From assembly GCA_963663405.2 (NCBI GenBank), contig CAXXSM010000118.1, positions 32,001 to 96,000 on the forward strand: a stretch of DNA of 64,000 nucleotides. The letters run 5' to 3'. The notes beneath the pieces are model-generated. The model was given only the letters and a program-made list of their open reading frames with translations, was not told where the DNA came from and did no database searches. Every line of letters begins with the position of its first letter. The first letter of the stretch is position 1. The stretch is from a bacterium. Its GTDB lineage: Bacteria > Hinthialibacterota > Hinthialibacteria > Hinthialibacterales > Hinthialibacteraceae. Positions 9,407 to 20,550 of the stretch are shown piece after piece. The translations under genes and the position numbers were made by a program.

Positions 9407-12139
9407 ATGAAAAGAAAATCTGATTCAGACAACCAGAATCCAATTCCTCGTTCCTTGCGAAAACCACAATCGAAATCGGACGCCTTCAGTAAGAAATCCT
9501 CATTTGCTTCATCCAACCCCCTAAATCGCAAGGCGTCTGACACGCAGTCTCCGCTTCCACCTTGGAAAAAAGATACCGCAAAAATCAATCAAAACAATAG
9601 TTCATTTGGAAATGAGCTCCCTCCAATAGTCCATGACAAAGAGCCGCTGAATCAGAAATACAGCCAAGCGCGTGTATCGCGCCGGATAAAAAAAACTACA
9701 CGAAAAAGAAAACTCCGATGGCCATTTATTTTCGGTTTTTTATTCCTATTAATGGGCTCAATTGTGGGTGTCGCCGCTGGGATTTTAAATTTATATTTGG
9801 ATCAACTGCCGGCGATTCCTTATTTGGAAGATTACAATCCTTGGATGCCTTCCCGCGTTTTCTCCGGGGAGGGCCGCCGGGAGCTCATCGCCGATTTTTT
9901 CAGCGCGGAGCAAAACCGCAAGGTTGTCCCGATCACGGAAATGCCTAAGAATCTAATTAACGCGGTCATCGCTCTTGAAGACCGGTATTTCTATCAACAC
10001 AGCGGGATCAGCCCACGGGGTATCCTCCGGGCCGCTTTGATCAACTTCAACGCAGGACGTATTAAAGAGGGCGCCAGCACGCTAACCATTCAGTTGGCTG
10101 AAGATCTGATCCAAAATAACAAACTCCCATATGAATTGCCGAAAGCCGGGCTTCGATCGTACACGACAAAAGCTTCGGAAGCGATTCTGGCTTTACAGAT
10201 CGAAAAACGTTATACCAAAGAAGAAATTCTCGAAATCTATCTCAATCAGGTTCTGCTCGGAGGCAATCATTATGGTGTCGCGGTCGCTGCGGAAGCGTAT
10301 TTTGGGAAAGATGTCTCGGAATTAAGTCTCAAAGAATGCGCGTTGTTCGCGGGTATGCTCCGGGCGCCCAACCGTTATGCGCCCGCGCAAGACCTCGAAG
10401 CGGCGGAAAGACGAACGGAAGTGGTTTTGCGCGTCATGCTCCGTGAAAAATTCATCACGCAAGAGGAATACGATCAAGCCATATCGGAACCATTTCATTT
10501 ACGGACGAAAGCCACCCGCACCAAACAAATCGCGCTTTTCCCCTATTTCTCCTCCGCCATTCGCCGCCAGTTCATGGATGGGAAGATCAAAAACCAGGAA
10601 GGCCTTCCAATCCAACTGTATGGGAATGGAATCGATATTGAATCCACCGCGGACGTGGATCTTCAAACCATTGCTGAAAAATCTCTAAAAAAAGGGATCG
10701 AAGAACACGAGCATACACGCCGGTTCAAACATGGGCGCGACTGGGGACGTCCTGGATATCGAAGCCCCAATCAATCCGGCGCCAATCGTTTACAAGCCGG
10801 GGAATTTTATGACGCTCGAATTCTGGACGAATACGATCCACTTTCGGGATATCTGAGTGTCACACTGCCGAATGTCCGTGATGGGAAAGGCCCATTCCGG
10901 GTACCCGTCAATTCCGATACAACGTGGCTGGATAAATTTGATCTGTTACATCCTGATTACTACGTTTACGTACAAGCCATCCAACAGGGAGGCGGGATGG
11001 AACTGCGCTTAGCCAAAGACCAGCACGTGCAAGGCGCGCTTATTGCCGCGCAACCTTCAACAGGGCGGATTCTCGCTATGGTGGGAGGATACAATTTCTT
11101 TGATGAATTGAACGACGGAAAATTCAACCGTGCGACCCAAACCACGCAGGTCCAACCAGGCAGCGCATTCAAACCTCTCTTTTACTGCGCCGCCCTCTCT
11201 GATCCTTCCGGAAAATGGACTCCCGCTACCTTGATTCATGATGTTGAACATGAGTATTGGAAGGGTTGGACGCCCAAAAATTTTGAAGATCAGTTCTTTG
11301 GCTGGGTTCCCATACGGTTTGCGCTGGTCCACTCTCTGAACGCCGCCAGCGTATGGCTGCTTGATAATTATAAAGGCAGCCGTTCCAGTGGAATTCAAGA
11401 CCTACGTCGATTCTGCCGCGATACCTTTGATCTTGTCATTGAAGAATCAAACCTTTCTCTAGCGCTGGGCACATCCGGCGCGACACCGTTGGAGATCGCT
11501 CAGGCCTACGCCGTCTTGGCGAACGGAGGAAACTTTATCCGTCTGCATTCGATCGATAAAGTCTTTCAACGCAACGACAGCCACCGGAACTACCCGAACC
11601 TCCTCTATGAATTTAAACCTCCATCCAATCAGATCCAACGCATCTCTCCCGGCGCCGCCTACCTGATGACGTATCTCCTTCGCGCCGTCGTTGAAGAAGG
11701 AACCGGCGAGCCAGCCAAGGATCTGCCTTTTTATTGCGTCGGTAAAACTGGAACAACTGATAATTGCACTTACGCCTGGTTCGCCGGCTATACAAAAGAT
11801 CTTCTATGCATCGTCTATTTCGGTTTCGATAATCCCAACCGGTCACTTGGTTATAAAATGACGGGTTCAAAAGTCGCGTTGCCTGTTTGGATGAATTTCA
11901 TGAGCGGCGCGTATGAAATCCATCCTGAACTGTTTGGAGAGATTAGCAAACCGAACGATATCGTTTTTTGTGATATTTGTCCAAAATCCAACGCCCTTGC
12001 GCGACCCACTTGTCCCTCCCCCCGCAGTATCCCTTTCCTCAAGGGAACGGAACCAACCCATAAATGTACAAAACATGGGAAAGACACTCTGCAGCCATAC
12101 CGTTTGGAAGTAAATAAGTTAATATTGAGTAGTAATTAG
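9407..12139 (+). CDS. mrcA: penicillin-binding protein 1A (bifunctional transglycosylase/transpeptidase)
   Basis: TM anchor; GT51 motifs EDRYFYQHSG, GASTLTIQL, KEEILEIYLN; TP motifs GSAFK (SxxK), SLN, KTGT. Confidence 0.9.
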   Translation: MKRKSDSDNQNPIPRSLRKPQSKSDAFSKKSSFASSNPLNRKASDTQSPLPPWKKDTAKINQNNSSFGNELPPIVHDKEPLNQKYSQARVSRRIKKTTRKRKLRWPFIFGFLFLLMGSIVGVAAGILNLYLDQLPAIPYLEDYNPWMPSRVFSGEGRRELIADFFSAEQNRKVVPITEMPKNLINAVIALEDRYFYQHSGISPRGILRAALINFNAGRIKEGASTLTIQLAEDLIQNNKLPYELPKAGLRSYTTKASEAILALQIEKRYTKEEILEIYLNQVLLGGNHYGVAVAAEAYFGKDVSELSLKECALFAGMLRAPNRYAPAQDLEAAERRTEVVLRVMLREKFITQEEYDQAISEPFHLRTKATRTKQIALFPYFSSAIRRQFMDGKIKNQEGLPIQLYGNGIDIESTADVDLQTIAEKSLKKGIEEHEHTRRFKHGRDWGRPGYRSPNQSGANRLQAGEFYDARILDEYDPLSGYLSVTLPNVRDGKGPFRVPVNSDTTWLDKFDLLHPDYYVYVQAIQQGGGMELRLAKDQHVQGALIAAQPSTGRILAMVGGYNFFDELNDGKFNRATQTTQVQPGSAFKPLFYCAALSDPSGKWTPATLIHDVEHEYWKGWTPKNFEDQFFGWVPIRFALVHSLNAASVWLLDNYKGSRSSGIQDLRRFCRDTFDLVIEESNLSLALGTSGATPLEIAQAYAVLANGGNFIRLHSIDKVFQRNDSHRNYPNLLYEFKPPSNQIQRISPGAAYLMTYLLRAVVEEGTGEPAKDLPFYCVGKTGTTDNCTYAWFAGYTKDLLCIVYFGFDNPNRSLGYKMTGSKVALPVWMNFMSGAYEIHPELFGEISKPNDIVFCDICPKSNALARPTCPSPRSIPFLKGTEPTHKCTKHGKDTLQPYRLEVNKLILSSN

Positions 12140-12421
12140 ACGGCCTTTGCTTTGACTCATCCAGCTAGTGAGTCCAATGAATATGAATCCTTTTATATAC
12201 TATCATAATTGAGATCACAACCTACAAATAAAAATAAGTCACGGAAGTGTTTACGAATGAGATAGTTTTGGGACTCATTTTCATATAAAAAAGACGGAAA
12301 ACCAACTACAATATTCAGCCTTGAAAGATTGCCAAGAAACAAATGTCCTCTTGAGACAAATAAAACTAGCCAAGGGGATTCAGCTTAGGATTTGGTCACA
12401 AACACTGATCTGGAATTCAAT

Positions 12422-13730
12422 ATGGATAATTTTATTCCCTTCCGCGGAATTAGTTACAATTCAAAGAAAATCCCCTGTTTTTCGGAAGTGATATCCCCCC
12501 CTTACGATAAAATCTCTCCCGAAGAACGGAAAATCCTCTGGGAACGGAATGAATACAATATTATCAAGTTGATTCATCCACCGCCCAGCGGAAGCCAAAC
12601 CGATCTGATGACCCAATCAGCGGATGAAGAATCAAGCAGCTGGTACGACCAAGCGGCGGAGCGGCTCAATGCTTGGATACAAGCCGGTGTATTCTGCATT
12701 GATTCACCTCGCTTCTATCATTATCAGCAAACGTTTACACATGAAAATAGTACATATACACGACCGGGGATTTTTGGCGCTCTCCGGCTGCAAGAAGAAT
12801 CAGGCGTCTATGCGCACGAGCACACATTTGAAGGCCCGAAAGCGGACCGGCTGCGGTTGCTCCGCGCCACACAGACCAATCTCTCCCCCATTTTTCTTTT
12901 AGGCGATGGATCCTATTCCGATTGGGAAAACATTTTTAAATGGGGCCACCCAACCGTTAGTTGAATTCACCGATTTAAAAGGGCGGATTCATCGAATCAA
13001 TGCGATCGATTCCGAGATGGATCGTAAAACTGCTTCGGAGTTCCTAAGCGCTCGCACATTTGTCATTGCCGACGGTCACCACCGCTATGAAACCGCGCTT
13101 AACTACAAACAGGAAAAAGAGACAGAGACTGGTCTTGATCCAAAATCCCAAACCTGGGGATACGTTCTCGCTCTTGTTGTTCCCGTCGAATGTCCCGATT
13201 TACTTGTCCTGCCGACCCACCGGATTTTATCCGGTTTACCGGACGAGTGGCTTACCAAGTTAAACGCTGGAATCACGCCTTATTTTGATATTACGCCCAT
13301 TGAAAATCCCTGCGCGGAAACCGTTTGTCAGCATCTCCAAGAAAAGGAACAAACCCTCGCTGTTGTTACAAAAGAGAAATCGTTTTGTATGACGTTGAAA
13401 GATTCCCTGCCATCGGCGCTATCGGATGTTCCCTTGGCGTTGCGAAAACTGAATGTGACGATTCTTCACCGGTTCATTCTGGAACAGTGTTTACAAATCT
13501 CCCCGCAATCGATTCCGAATCATATACGATTTGTGCGTGGGGAAAGCGAAGCGATCTCGATGGTCCAAAAAGGTCCATCACAAGCGGCCTTTTTACTGAG
13601 CGCCCTCTCTCCACAAACCGTTTTCAAGGTTTCACTGGAAGGGCAACGAATGCCGCAGAAATCAACCGATTTTTATCCCAAAATACCAACTGGTTTACTC
13701 TTACGCTCGGTGGCGGATGAAAATGCATAG
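12422..13730 (+). pseudogene. DUF1015 family protein, frameshifted (+1 near 12933-12945)
   Basis: PFRG, PPYD, HEHT...KADRL, LSPIF in the first frame; IADGHHRYETA, LPTHR, MPQKSTDFYPK in the second. Removing one base restores ~435 aa. Confidence 0.85.
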
Positions 13731-14517
13731 AACGTTTTTGATTCGTTTTTCGACGACTTTTTTGGTTTTGCTGCATTACGTTTGTATCAATCCTCAACCG
13801 GTTCTCTCTCATGCCCTGCATCCAGAGAGCATTGACCGGTACGCGGAAATCACGATTACGCCGAATCGGCTCGTATTGATCTATCAAGTGATTCTCGGCA
13901 TCAATCCGACGGAACGCGCATCAAAAGCCCTTGATCCGAACAATGATGGAACCATTACGGATGAAGAAAGAAACACTTACCTTCAACAAATATCTCAAGA
14001 ATACATTGAAGGGCAGAAAATTTACCTGGGCGATGTCGAATTGAAAATGACGTATCAAATTGGCGATGTCTATTCCGCTTATGGACATAATGGGATTCGA
14101 GTCATCCGGATCGACATTGGTTTCATATGTGACCTCCCATCCGATATCCCTAGAGAGACCCATCTCAAATTCTCTTATGAAGACCAGACGATGAAACAGC
14201 GGGTTGGATGGAAACAGATTCAATTATTCACCCGCAACGGCGTAAAATATGAAGGGCACATTCCATACACAGAATATAAACCATTCGACTACGAAATCCT
14301 CAACACAAAAGGCTTTTCTCCAGCCACGGATTCAATCACCGGTGAGATTCTCTTACCCGCAAACGAAAAAAATGGGGAAATAGCGCCCATTAAACTGCCT
14401 GAAAGAAGTATGGAAGCGGTTAAAGTGGAATCTTCATTGGATACGGTCATTCTGGTGGGAGTTTCTCTTTTACTTCTATTCTTTTTCATCGCCGTCGCGT
14501 TCCGCTTGCGCCGTTAA
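13717..14517 (+). CDS. exported membrane-anchored hypothetical protein with an EF-hand-like loop
   Basis: N-terminal hydrophobic signal, LDPNNDGTITDEE loop, C-terminal TM followed by basic residues; loosely like periplasmic domains associated with Ni/Co transporters. Confidence 0.5.
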   Translation: MKMHRTFLIRFSTTFLVLLHYVCINPQPVLSHALHPESIDRYAEITITPNRLVLIYQVILGINPTERASKALDPNNDGTITDEERNTYLQQISQEYIEGQKIYLGDVELKMTYQIGDVYSAYGHNGIRVIRIDIGFICDLPSDIPRETHLKFSYEDQTMKQRVGWKQIQLFTRNGVKYEGHIPYTEYKPFDYEILNTKGFSPATDSITGEILLPANEKNGEIAPIKLPERSMEAVKVESSLDTVILVGVSLLLLFFFIAVAFRLRR

Positions 14518-15636
14518 AAGCGCTTTTCCATTCTCTATATCAAGAAGCCGCCGTTCGAACGCGCTGAAAACGATCAATCCCCATAATACCGCCGCGATAA
14601 ATACAAGAAAAAACAATAGCGAATATCGCCTAGGCAATTGATTCGCCAACGCCGCTGACATGGAGAGTAGAAAACATAATCCATAAACATATAACACCGC
14701 TTGACGATCTGAAAATCCCAATTTTAACAACCGGTGGTGAATATGTTCGCGGTCGGGAGAAAAGAATTTCCTCCCTTTTTGACCACGGCGGATAATGGCG
14801 AGAAGCGTATCTAATAAAGGAAGCGTAAGAATCACTAATGGAAGCGACAGCGACATCGCCGTCGCGCCTTTGACGTTACTGGCCAGCGAACTCCCCGCCA
14901 ATAAAGCTCCCAGGTACAGGCTCCCCGCGTCTCCCATAAAAATCCGGGCAGGAGAGAAATTATAAGGAAGAAATCCCAATGTGGCGCCCATCAGCGCCAG
15001 CGATATCACACAGACAAAGTTTTGCCAGGGGTGAAACGAGATTGTGAGATTCGCTAAAGCGGCGAAAAAAACCACTCCGGACGCAAGCCCATCCAATCCA
15101 TCAATAAAATTGATGGCGTTTACGATAATTAAAATCCAAAAAATCGAGAGAAACCAACCGGACCAACCCATCGAAACCGGTTCCCCAAAAGGAACCGTCA
15201 ACTGCGCAATCGAAAATCCCGCTCCCACCAGCACGACGCCTAGGATCGCCTGTATGATTAATTTCACTTGTGGTGAGATCGGTTTTGTATCATCACAAAT
15301 TCCTAAAATCATAAAACACGCTGAAATAACATATAGCGCGAGAAGCCGTCCGGAAAATTCGGAGATTTCAAACGTATACGAGAATAGATGAAACCGTTCA
15401 CCGGATGACTGCGCTTCAAGGATATGCGGCGCAAATACAAATAGATAGACCATCACTGCTGTCAAAGAGACGTGAAACGCTAGTCCACCCAGATACGGAA
15501 TCGCGCGCGCATGTGTTTTTCTTTCGTTTGGGTGATCCGTGATATCCAAATCCTTCGCCAACCGGCGAAAAACAGGTGTGCTTAGAAAGGCGGCGATCCA
15601 ACTAACGCCGAAGAGTATCCAATATTCGAGTGGCAT
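14476..15636 (-). CDS. MraY/WecA/TagO-family undecaprenyl-phosphate GlcNAc-1-P transferase
   Basis: RKTH...PYLGGLA, GICDD, NAINFIDGLDGLA, IFMGDAGS, DREHIHHRLL; multi-TM. Confidence 0.9.
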   Translation of the reverse strand: MPLEYWILFGVSWIAAFLSTPVFRRLAKDLDITDHPNERKTHARAIPYLGGLAFHVSLTAVMVYLFVFAPHILEAQSSGERFHLFSYTFEISEFSGRLLALYVISACFMILGICDDTKPISPQVKLIIQAILGVVLVGAGFSIAQLTVPFGEPVSMGWSGWFLSIFWILIIVNAINFIDGLDGLASGVVFFAALANLTISFHPWQNFVCVISLALMGATLGFLPYNFSPARIFMGDAGSLYLGALLAGSSLASNVKGATAMSLSLPLVILTLPLLDTLLAIIRRGQKGRKFFSPDREHIHHRLLKLGFSDRQAVLYVYGLCFLLSMSAALANQLPRRYSLLFFLVFIAAVLWGLIVFSAFERRLLDIENGKALLTAQAERDGDEKE

Positions 15637-15762
15637 CCTATTGCTCGATTCTGATTTTCATCCTACTATACAGTTACGATAAAACAGTGAAAAATGGTTG
15701 AGAGATGAAATATACATCTTAATCGTATTTGTTACACATCGATATCCCGGCATATTAGCCGT

Positions 15763-16989
15763 TTGAGTCAAGAATTCAATTTTTACCGTTTCATTTTTGA
15801 ATCATATAACCTTGGGAAGTTAATCGTGAAAAAAAGAACAGGATTTCTCTTATTTTTTATGCTGTTTATTTTCATTATATTTGTGACGGGCGCGTTCGTG
15901 GCTCTGTTCTTCTTCGCGCTCCAAGATCAATCCCCATTTTTGTTTGGAGAAAACCGCATTGCGCTCGTTCGGATCGAGGGAGTGATCTACGACGCCGTTA
16001 AATGGGTCGATCAAATTGAAGACTACCAAGATGATGATTCGATCAAAGCGATAGTGCTCCGGGTGGACAGCCCCGGCGGCGCAGTCACACCATCGCAGGA
16101 GATTTTTGAAGCCGTTCAAACCGCGCGTCAAGATTATCACAAAGTGGTTGTCGCTTCATTCGGATCGGTTGCGGCGTCCGGGGGGTATTACGCGGCCTGT
16201 AACGCCGATCGGATTGTCAGCGCGCCCGGCGCTCTGACGGGCAGTATCGGTGTTTATATCAAGTTCTTAATCGTCAAAGACTTATTCGAAAAAATCGGGA
16301 TCGATTATGAAACCATCAAAGGCGGGAAATTCAAGGATTTCGGTTCCATGGAACGCGGCTTGAGCGACGAAGAACGTGAGATGATGGAAGAAGTCACCGA
16401 TGACATCTATCTGCAATTCATTGAAGCGGTCGCGCAAGGCCGGCGGGAGAATATCACCAAACTCTTAATGGAGTGGGATGAATCCGATGCATCGGAAGAC
16501 TATCCCTTCTCCCCCGAAACGATGGCCGTCGTTCAAACCTATCGAAAACAGTACAAAGAAAAAAAGAAGGAATTAGAAGACTCTCGTCAAGAGGAAGAAA
16601 ATGAGACGGATGATTTCTGGTCCAAATTCCACTCACTCTTCCCCCCTGTTCAGTCAGCAGATAGTGACGATGGCGATAATCCTGAATCAGCAGAGGACAC
16701 ATTACCACCAGATTTTGAAACCATTCTCAATTTTGTGAAAACGATCGCGGAAGGAAAAGTCTACACAGGCCGTCAAGCCAAGAAAATCGCTCTTGTCGAC
16801 GAAATTGGCACATTGGACGACGCGATCAAACTCGCGGCTGCGCTGGTTGGAATCAAGGGAGATGTGACGCTGGTTGAAAAAGAGGCCAGCAGGCCGTTCG
16901 ATCTAATTGACCTGATTAGTGAAAAGGTCACCAATTTTGTCAATCCTCCCTATAGCGCGCCCATCCAATACCGTTTTCCTTTCAATTGA
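15763..16989 (+). CDS. sppA: signal peptide peptidase SppA (S49) with an acidic insertion
   Basis: LRVDSPGG, AASGGYY (catalytic Ser), TGSIGV, GKFKD, EGKVYTGRQA, LVDEIG. Start may be the GTG at 15826. Confidence 0.88.
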   Translation: MSQEFNFYRFIFESYNLGKLIVKKRTGFLLFFMLFIFIIFVTGAFVALFFFALQDQSPFLFGENRIALVRIEGVIYDAVKWVDQIEDYQDDDSIKAIVLRVDSPGGAVTPSQEIFEAVQTARQDYHKVVVASFGSVAASGGYYAACNADRIVSAPGALTGSIGVYIKFLIVKDLFEKIGIDYETIKGGKFKDFGSMERGLSDEEREMMEEVTDDIYLQFIEAVAQGRRENITKLLMEWDESDASEDYPFSPETMAVVQTYRKQYKEKKKELEDSRQEEENETDDFWSKFHSLFPPVQSADSDDGDNPESAEDTLPPDFETILNFVKTIAEGKVYTGRQAKKIALVDEIGTLDDAIKLAAALVGIKGDVTLVEKEASRPFDLIDLISEKVTNFVNPPYSAPIQYRFPFN

Positions 16990-17010
16990 AGAATCTTTCC
17001 CGCCTTTCGA

Positions 17011-18111
17011 TCAACTATTCTTTTTTGAATTCAACCATACATCGATCGGCCTTTCATCGTTAGAATGATAGGGCAATTCAATCGCCTGGCCGGAGGCGGC
17101 GGACGCGTAAGCGGCGAAGACAATCTCCAACACGGCCCGGCCATCCTCACCGGTCACTTCTGGAGCCTGATCGAAACGGACACAATCGATAAAATGCTGC
17201 ATCTCTTGTGGAAATCCATAATTCCAAGCTTCTTCGTAAATCGTGAAACTCCACCCCTGAGTGCTTCCAGCTTTTTCTACCGCATACCCGTAACCAGCGT
17301 CACTGTAGGTCAGAATCGCGTTTCCCTGCAATAAATTTGCATAAGCCACGCCTTGAGAGCCATGAATTTCCGCCCGGTCGTCCATGCCCCCTTTTTTGAT
17401 CCAACTCTCCTCAGCCAGGGCGGTTACTCCGTTCTCAAATTTTAGAATGAAAAGTGTGTTGTCATCCCCCTGCGTTTTATCGCCATGCGCGTAGGTTCCC
17501 ATATCGGCATAGACGGATTTGATCTTCTTCTCGCGTCCGGCGATCCATCGAAAAAACTCAATCGCATGACACCCCATGTCCATCATCACTCCACCCCCGG
17601 ATCGTTTTACATCCCAAAAATGGATCGCGTGTGGACCATCATGCTTTTCCGATTGCTTAATGAGGATCAAATCCCCAAGCGCGCCTTCATTCAGCAGCTG
17701 TTTCAAACGGACATATTTCGGCGTAAAGCAGAGTTCCTCGGCGTACATTAGTTTAACATGGTTCCGTTTACCCGCTTCGATCATCTCATCAGCCTGCGCC
17801 AAGTTTATACAGAACGGTTTTTCGATAACAACATGTTTCCCGGCGTCCGCCGCGTCGCAGACCATCTGGCAATGGAGATCGTTGGGAGCGCCGACTATGA
17901 TTAAATCAATATCGTTGCGTTCCAGCATCGCCCGGTAATCGGTATATGCATGGGGAATCGAAAAATCGTCGGTGAATTTCTTTACATGATCTTCCATTGG
18001 CGAAGCGGCGGCGATCAATTCCGCCCCATTCACATGCCGTTTGATTGAGTCCGCGTGTATCGTAGCTATAAACTGCGTACCAATGATCCCCACTCGAACT
18101 GTATCCATCAC
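17011..18111 (-). CDS. Gfo/Idh/MocA family oxidoreductase
   Basis: VGIIG, HVVIEKP, SGGGVMMDMGCH. Confidence 0.88.
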   Translation of the reverse strand: MMDTVRVGIIGTQFIATIHADSIKRHVNGAELIAAASPMEDHVKKFTDDFSIPHAYTDYRAMLERNDIDLIIVGAPNDLHCQMVCDAADAGKHVVIEKPFCINLAQADEMIEAGKRNHVKLMYAEELCFTPKYVRLKQLLNEGALGDLILIKQSEKHDGPHAIHFWDVKRSGGGVMMDMGCHAIEFFRWIAGREKKIKSVYADMGTYAHGDKTQGDDNTLFILKFENGVTALAEESWIKKGGMDDRAEIHGSQGVAYANLLQGNAILTYSDAGYGYAVEKAGSTQGWSFTIYEEAWNYGFPQEMQHFIDCVRFDQAPEVTGEDGRAVLEIVFAAYASAASGQAIELPYHSNDERPIDVWLNSKKNS

Positions 18112-18380
18112 AATTCTCCTCCATCGATTATGTTCTATTCTCCAGAATAACGTATTTCAACAAAATCATCATAATAACACAAGGTGGATACAAGTTTAAA
18201 ACATTGCTCTCTAATCATTAGAAAAATTACCGCAAAATAACGTAAATATCATTCCATCCAATACGTCAAACAGAGCAATTCGCAGTCATAATCTCTGAAA
18301 ACATCCCCCTTCCCTTCTCTTGCGGCTACAATGCGAAACGGGAAACGGTTTGGTTTCTATTGATCCATACGGACGTGGTT

Positions 18381-20001
18381 ATGAGAAAACGTGATTCACT
18401 CCTTCGTTCAACAACGCTGTTCAGCGCCGCCACACTGATCAGCCGCTTTTTAGGGCTGGCGCGGGATTCGTGCATCGCCGCATTTATCCCTTCGGCTTGG
18501 CAGGATATATTTTGGGCGGGGATCAAAATTCCCAGCACTTTCCGTCAGTTATTCGCGGAAGGCTCTCTTTCAGCGGCGTTTATTCCTTTACTGACACGAA
18601 TCCGGGAACGCGAGGGAGAGAACAAAGCGCGGGAGGTAAGCCATGCGGTCTTCAATCTGCTCTTGATCACGGTTTTCACGATCGTCGTTCTCTTTATTCT
18701 CTTTGCGCCCTGGATTGTCCCGTTTCTATTGGATTTTCCATCCGATTCCGTCACTGTTTGGACGCCGGTCGCGGCGAAGACCACGATCCCAACAACGATT
18801 GAACTGGGAACCAACTGGAGGGTAGACGCCGGGATCTGGGTCACGCAGCTGATGTTTCCTTTCCTTCTATTCGTCGCGGTTTCCGCTTGGGCCATGGGAG
18901 TGCTGAATACGAATGGTTATTTCTTTATCCCCGCGCTGGCGCCCGCTTTTTTCAATTTGATCCTAATTATCGGATGCGTAATCGGGTCTTTTTTATTCCA
19001 AGCACCAGATTTTATGGTTTTTCTCAGCGCCGCAGTATTGCTGGGAGGTTTCATGCAATTCGCCGTACAGATCCCCCAGGCCTGGAAAATCCGCTACCTC
19101 CCACCACGTCCCGTTTCCCCCTTTCATCCACAGGTAGGCGCCTTTCTCTTCCTGTTAGCGCCCAGTATTTTGGGATTGGCCGTCTATCAGATCAACGCCC
19201 TTATCTCGCAAACCTATTTCGCCTCCAAATTCGGGGGAAGGTGGGATCTCCATAATGACCTACGCGCACCGGCTGGTTCAGTTTCCCCTTGGCGTTGCCG
19301 GTGTTGCGCTCGCGACGGCGTCGTTTCCCCGCATCGCTGAACAATTCGAAAAGAAACAGGACCAGAAGGCGGCGCAGACATTTACAGCCGTGATAAAGTA
19401 TCTACTCCTTATCATGATTCCTTCCGCAGTGGGATTCCTCGTCTTGGGAGAGGACATTGTTGGCGCGATCTATGACCGGGGCTTCTTTCATGAGCGGGGC
19501 TGGTTGCGCCCCACATATCTCACGCTTAGTTTTTACTCCTTAGGTTTATTCGGCTATGCGATGGTCAAAGTGCTGGCGCGGGTATTTCAGGCGCAGCATG
19601 ATTTTTATACTCCAGTCAAAACAGGACTCATTGGCGTAGCGCTCAATATTCTTCTTTGTGTATTGTTTATCTGGCGCGAATGGCCACTCTGGACATTGGC
19701 GTTGGCGTCTTCCATCGCCAGTTCGGCCAACGCGGGATTGATGCTGATTATTCTTCGTTGGCGGATGCGTGATCTGCGTCTGTTTTCAACGTTTCGTTTC
19801 TCGGTTCGAGTTTTACTGGCTTCGGTGGGAATGGCGCTTACATGCGCGCTGTTTCTCGCATTCTGTCCCATTGAGGGTGGAACTCTGTTATACTATTCAA
19901 TCCGCGTCGCGCTTGGAATAGCCGTCAGCGCCGCCGCTTATGGGGCCTTTGGATATTGGCTTTTTTACGAAGAACTGATGCGTTTGATAAAACGGAAATA
20001 G
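18381..20001 (+). pseudogene. murJ: lipid II flippase MurJ (MviN), apparent +1 frameshift in G5 at 19233-19237
   Basis: SRFLGLARD, RQLFAEG, YAHRLVQFPLG, TPVK motifs. Removing one G gives FGEGGISIMTYAHRL and 539 aa. Probably an assembly error. Confidence 0.88.
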
Positions 20002-20013
20002 TGTAAAATTGTT

Positions 20014-20040
20014 ACGGGTGGGACGTCCGTTCTCCATTCA
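20014..20040 (+). repeat. diverged REP-like element
   Basis: ACGGGTGGGACGTCCGTTCTCCATTCA, similar to 5702-5728, just after the murJ stop. Confidence 0.6.
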
Positions 20041-20550
20041 AACTCAATTGATTACTCTATTAGGAATCAGGTAAATTGATGAGACGTTTTTTTGATTCTA
20101 TGATAAATATAAAGTAACAGAAAAAGTATTTATTCTCGTTCTCCAAACCACCTAATGAATAAATTATGATAAAATATGACTCCCGATTCCCGATTCAAGG
20201 AAAAATTGTAATAAAATGAAAACAAGATTTCATGATGAGATATATAATCATAACTATGATTCAGGAATCATAAAAAACCGGAGAATCACTCTATAGAAAT
20301 GTTTCATTTAGAAAACTTTTTTATTCTTAATTCATAAAACATATGAAGAAATTACAAATAACCTCAAAATAAACAAAGATTTATAAAATAAATAATAACT
20401 CGCGTTAAGTGTAGCCAATACATAATTTATTACGAATAAGTTACTAAGAAAGGGGGGTGATTCGTTCCTATACGTTGATCGGGTATCCGGACACCCGCGT
20501 GTGGGCGCCGACTCATTTAGGACACCTGATAGGGAAAGGCAAAGAAGACC

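Noticed and set aside
19233-19255. Programmed frameshift or genuinely split murJ
   Set aside because: A G5 run with a +1 lesion like three other genes; an assembly error is more parsimonious.
20445-20550. Possible riboswitch or ncRNA upstream of the ECF sigma (GC-rich patch, GGGTATCCGGACACCC hairpin, GGCAAA)
   Set aside because: Could not match a full known consensus by eye; needs an Rfam/Infernal search.
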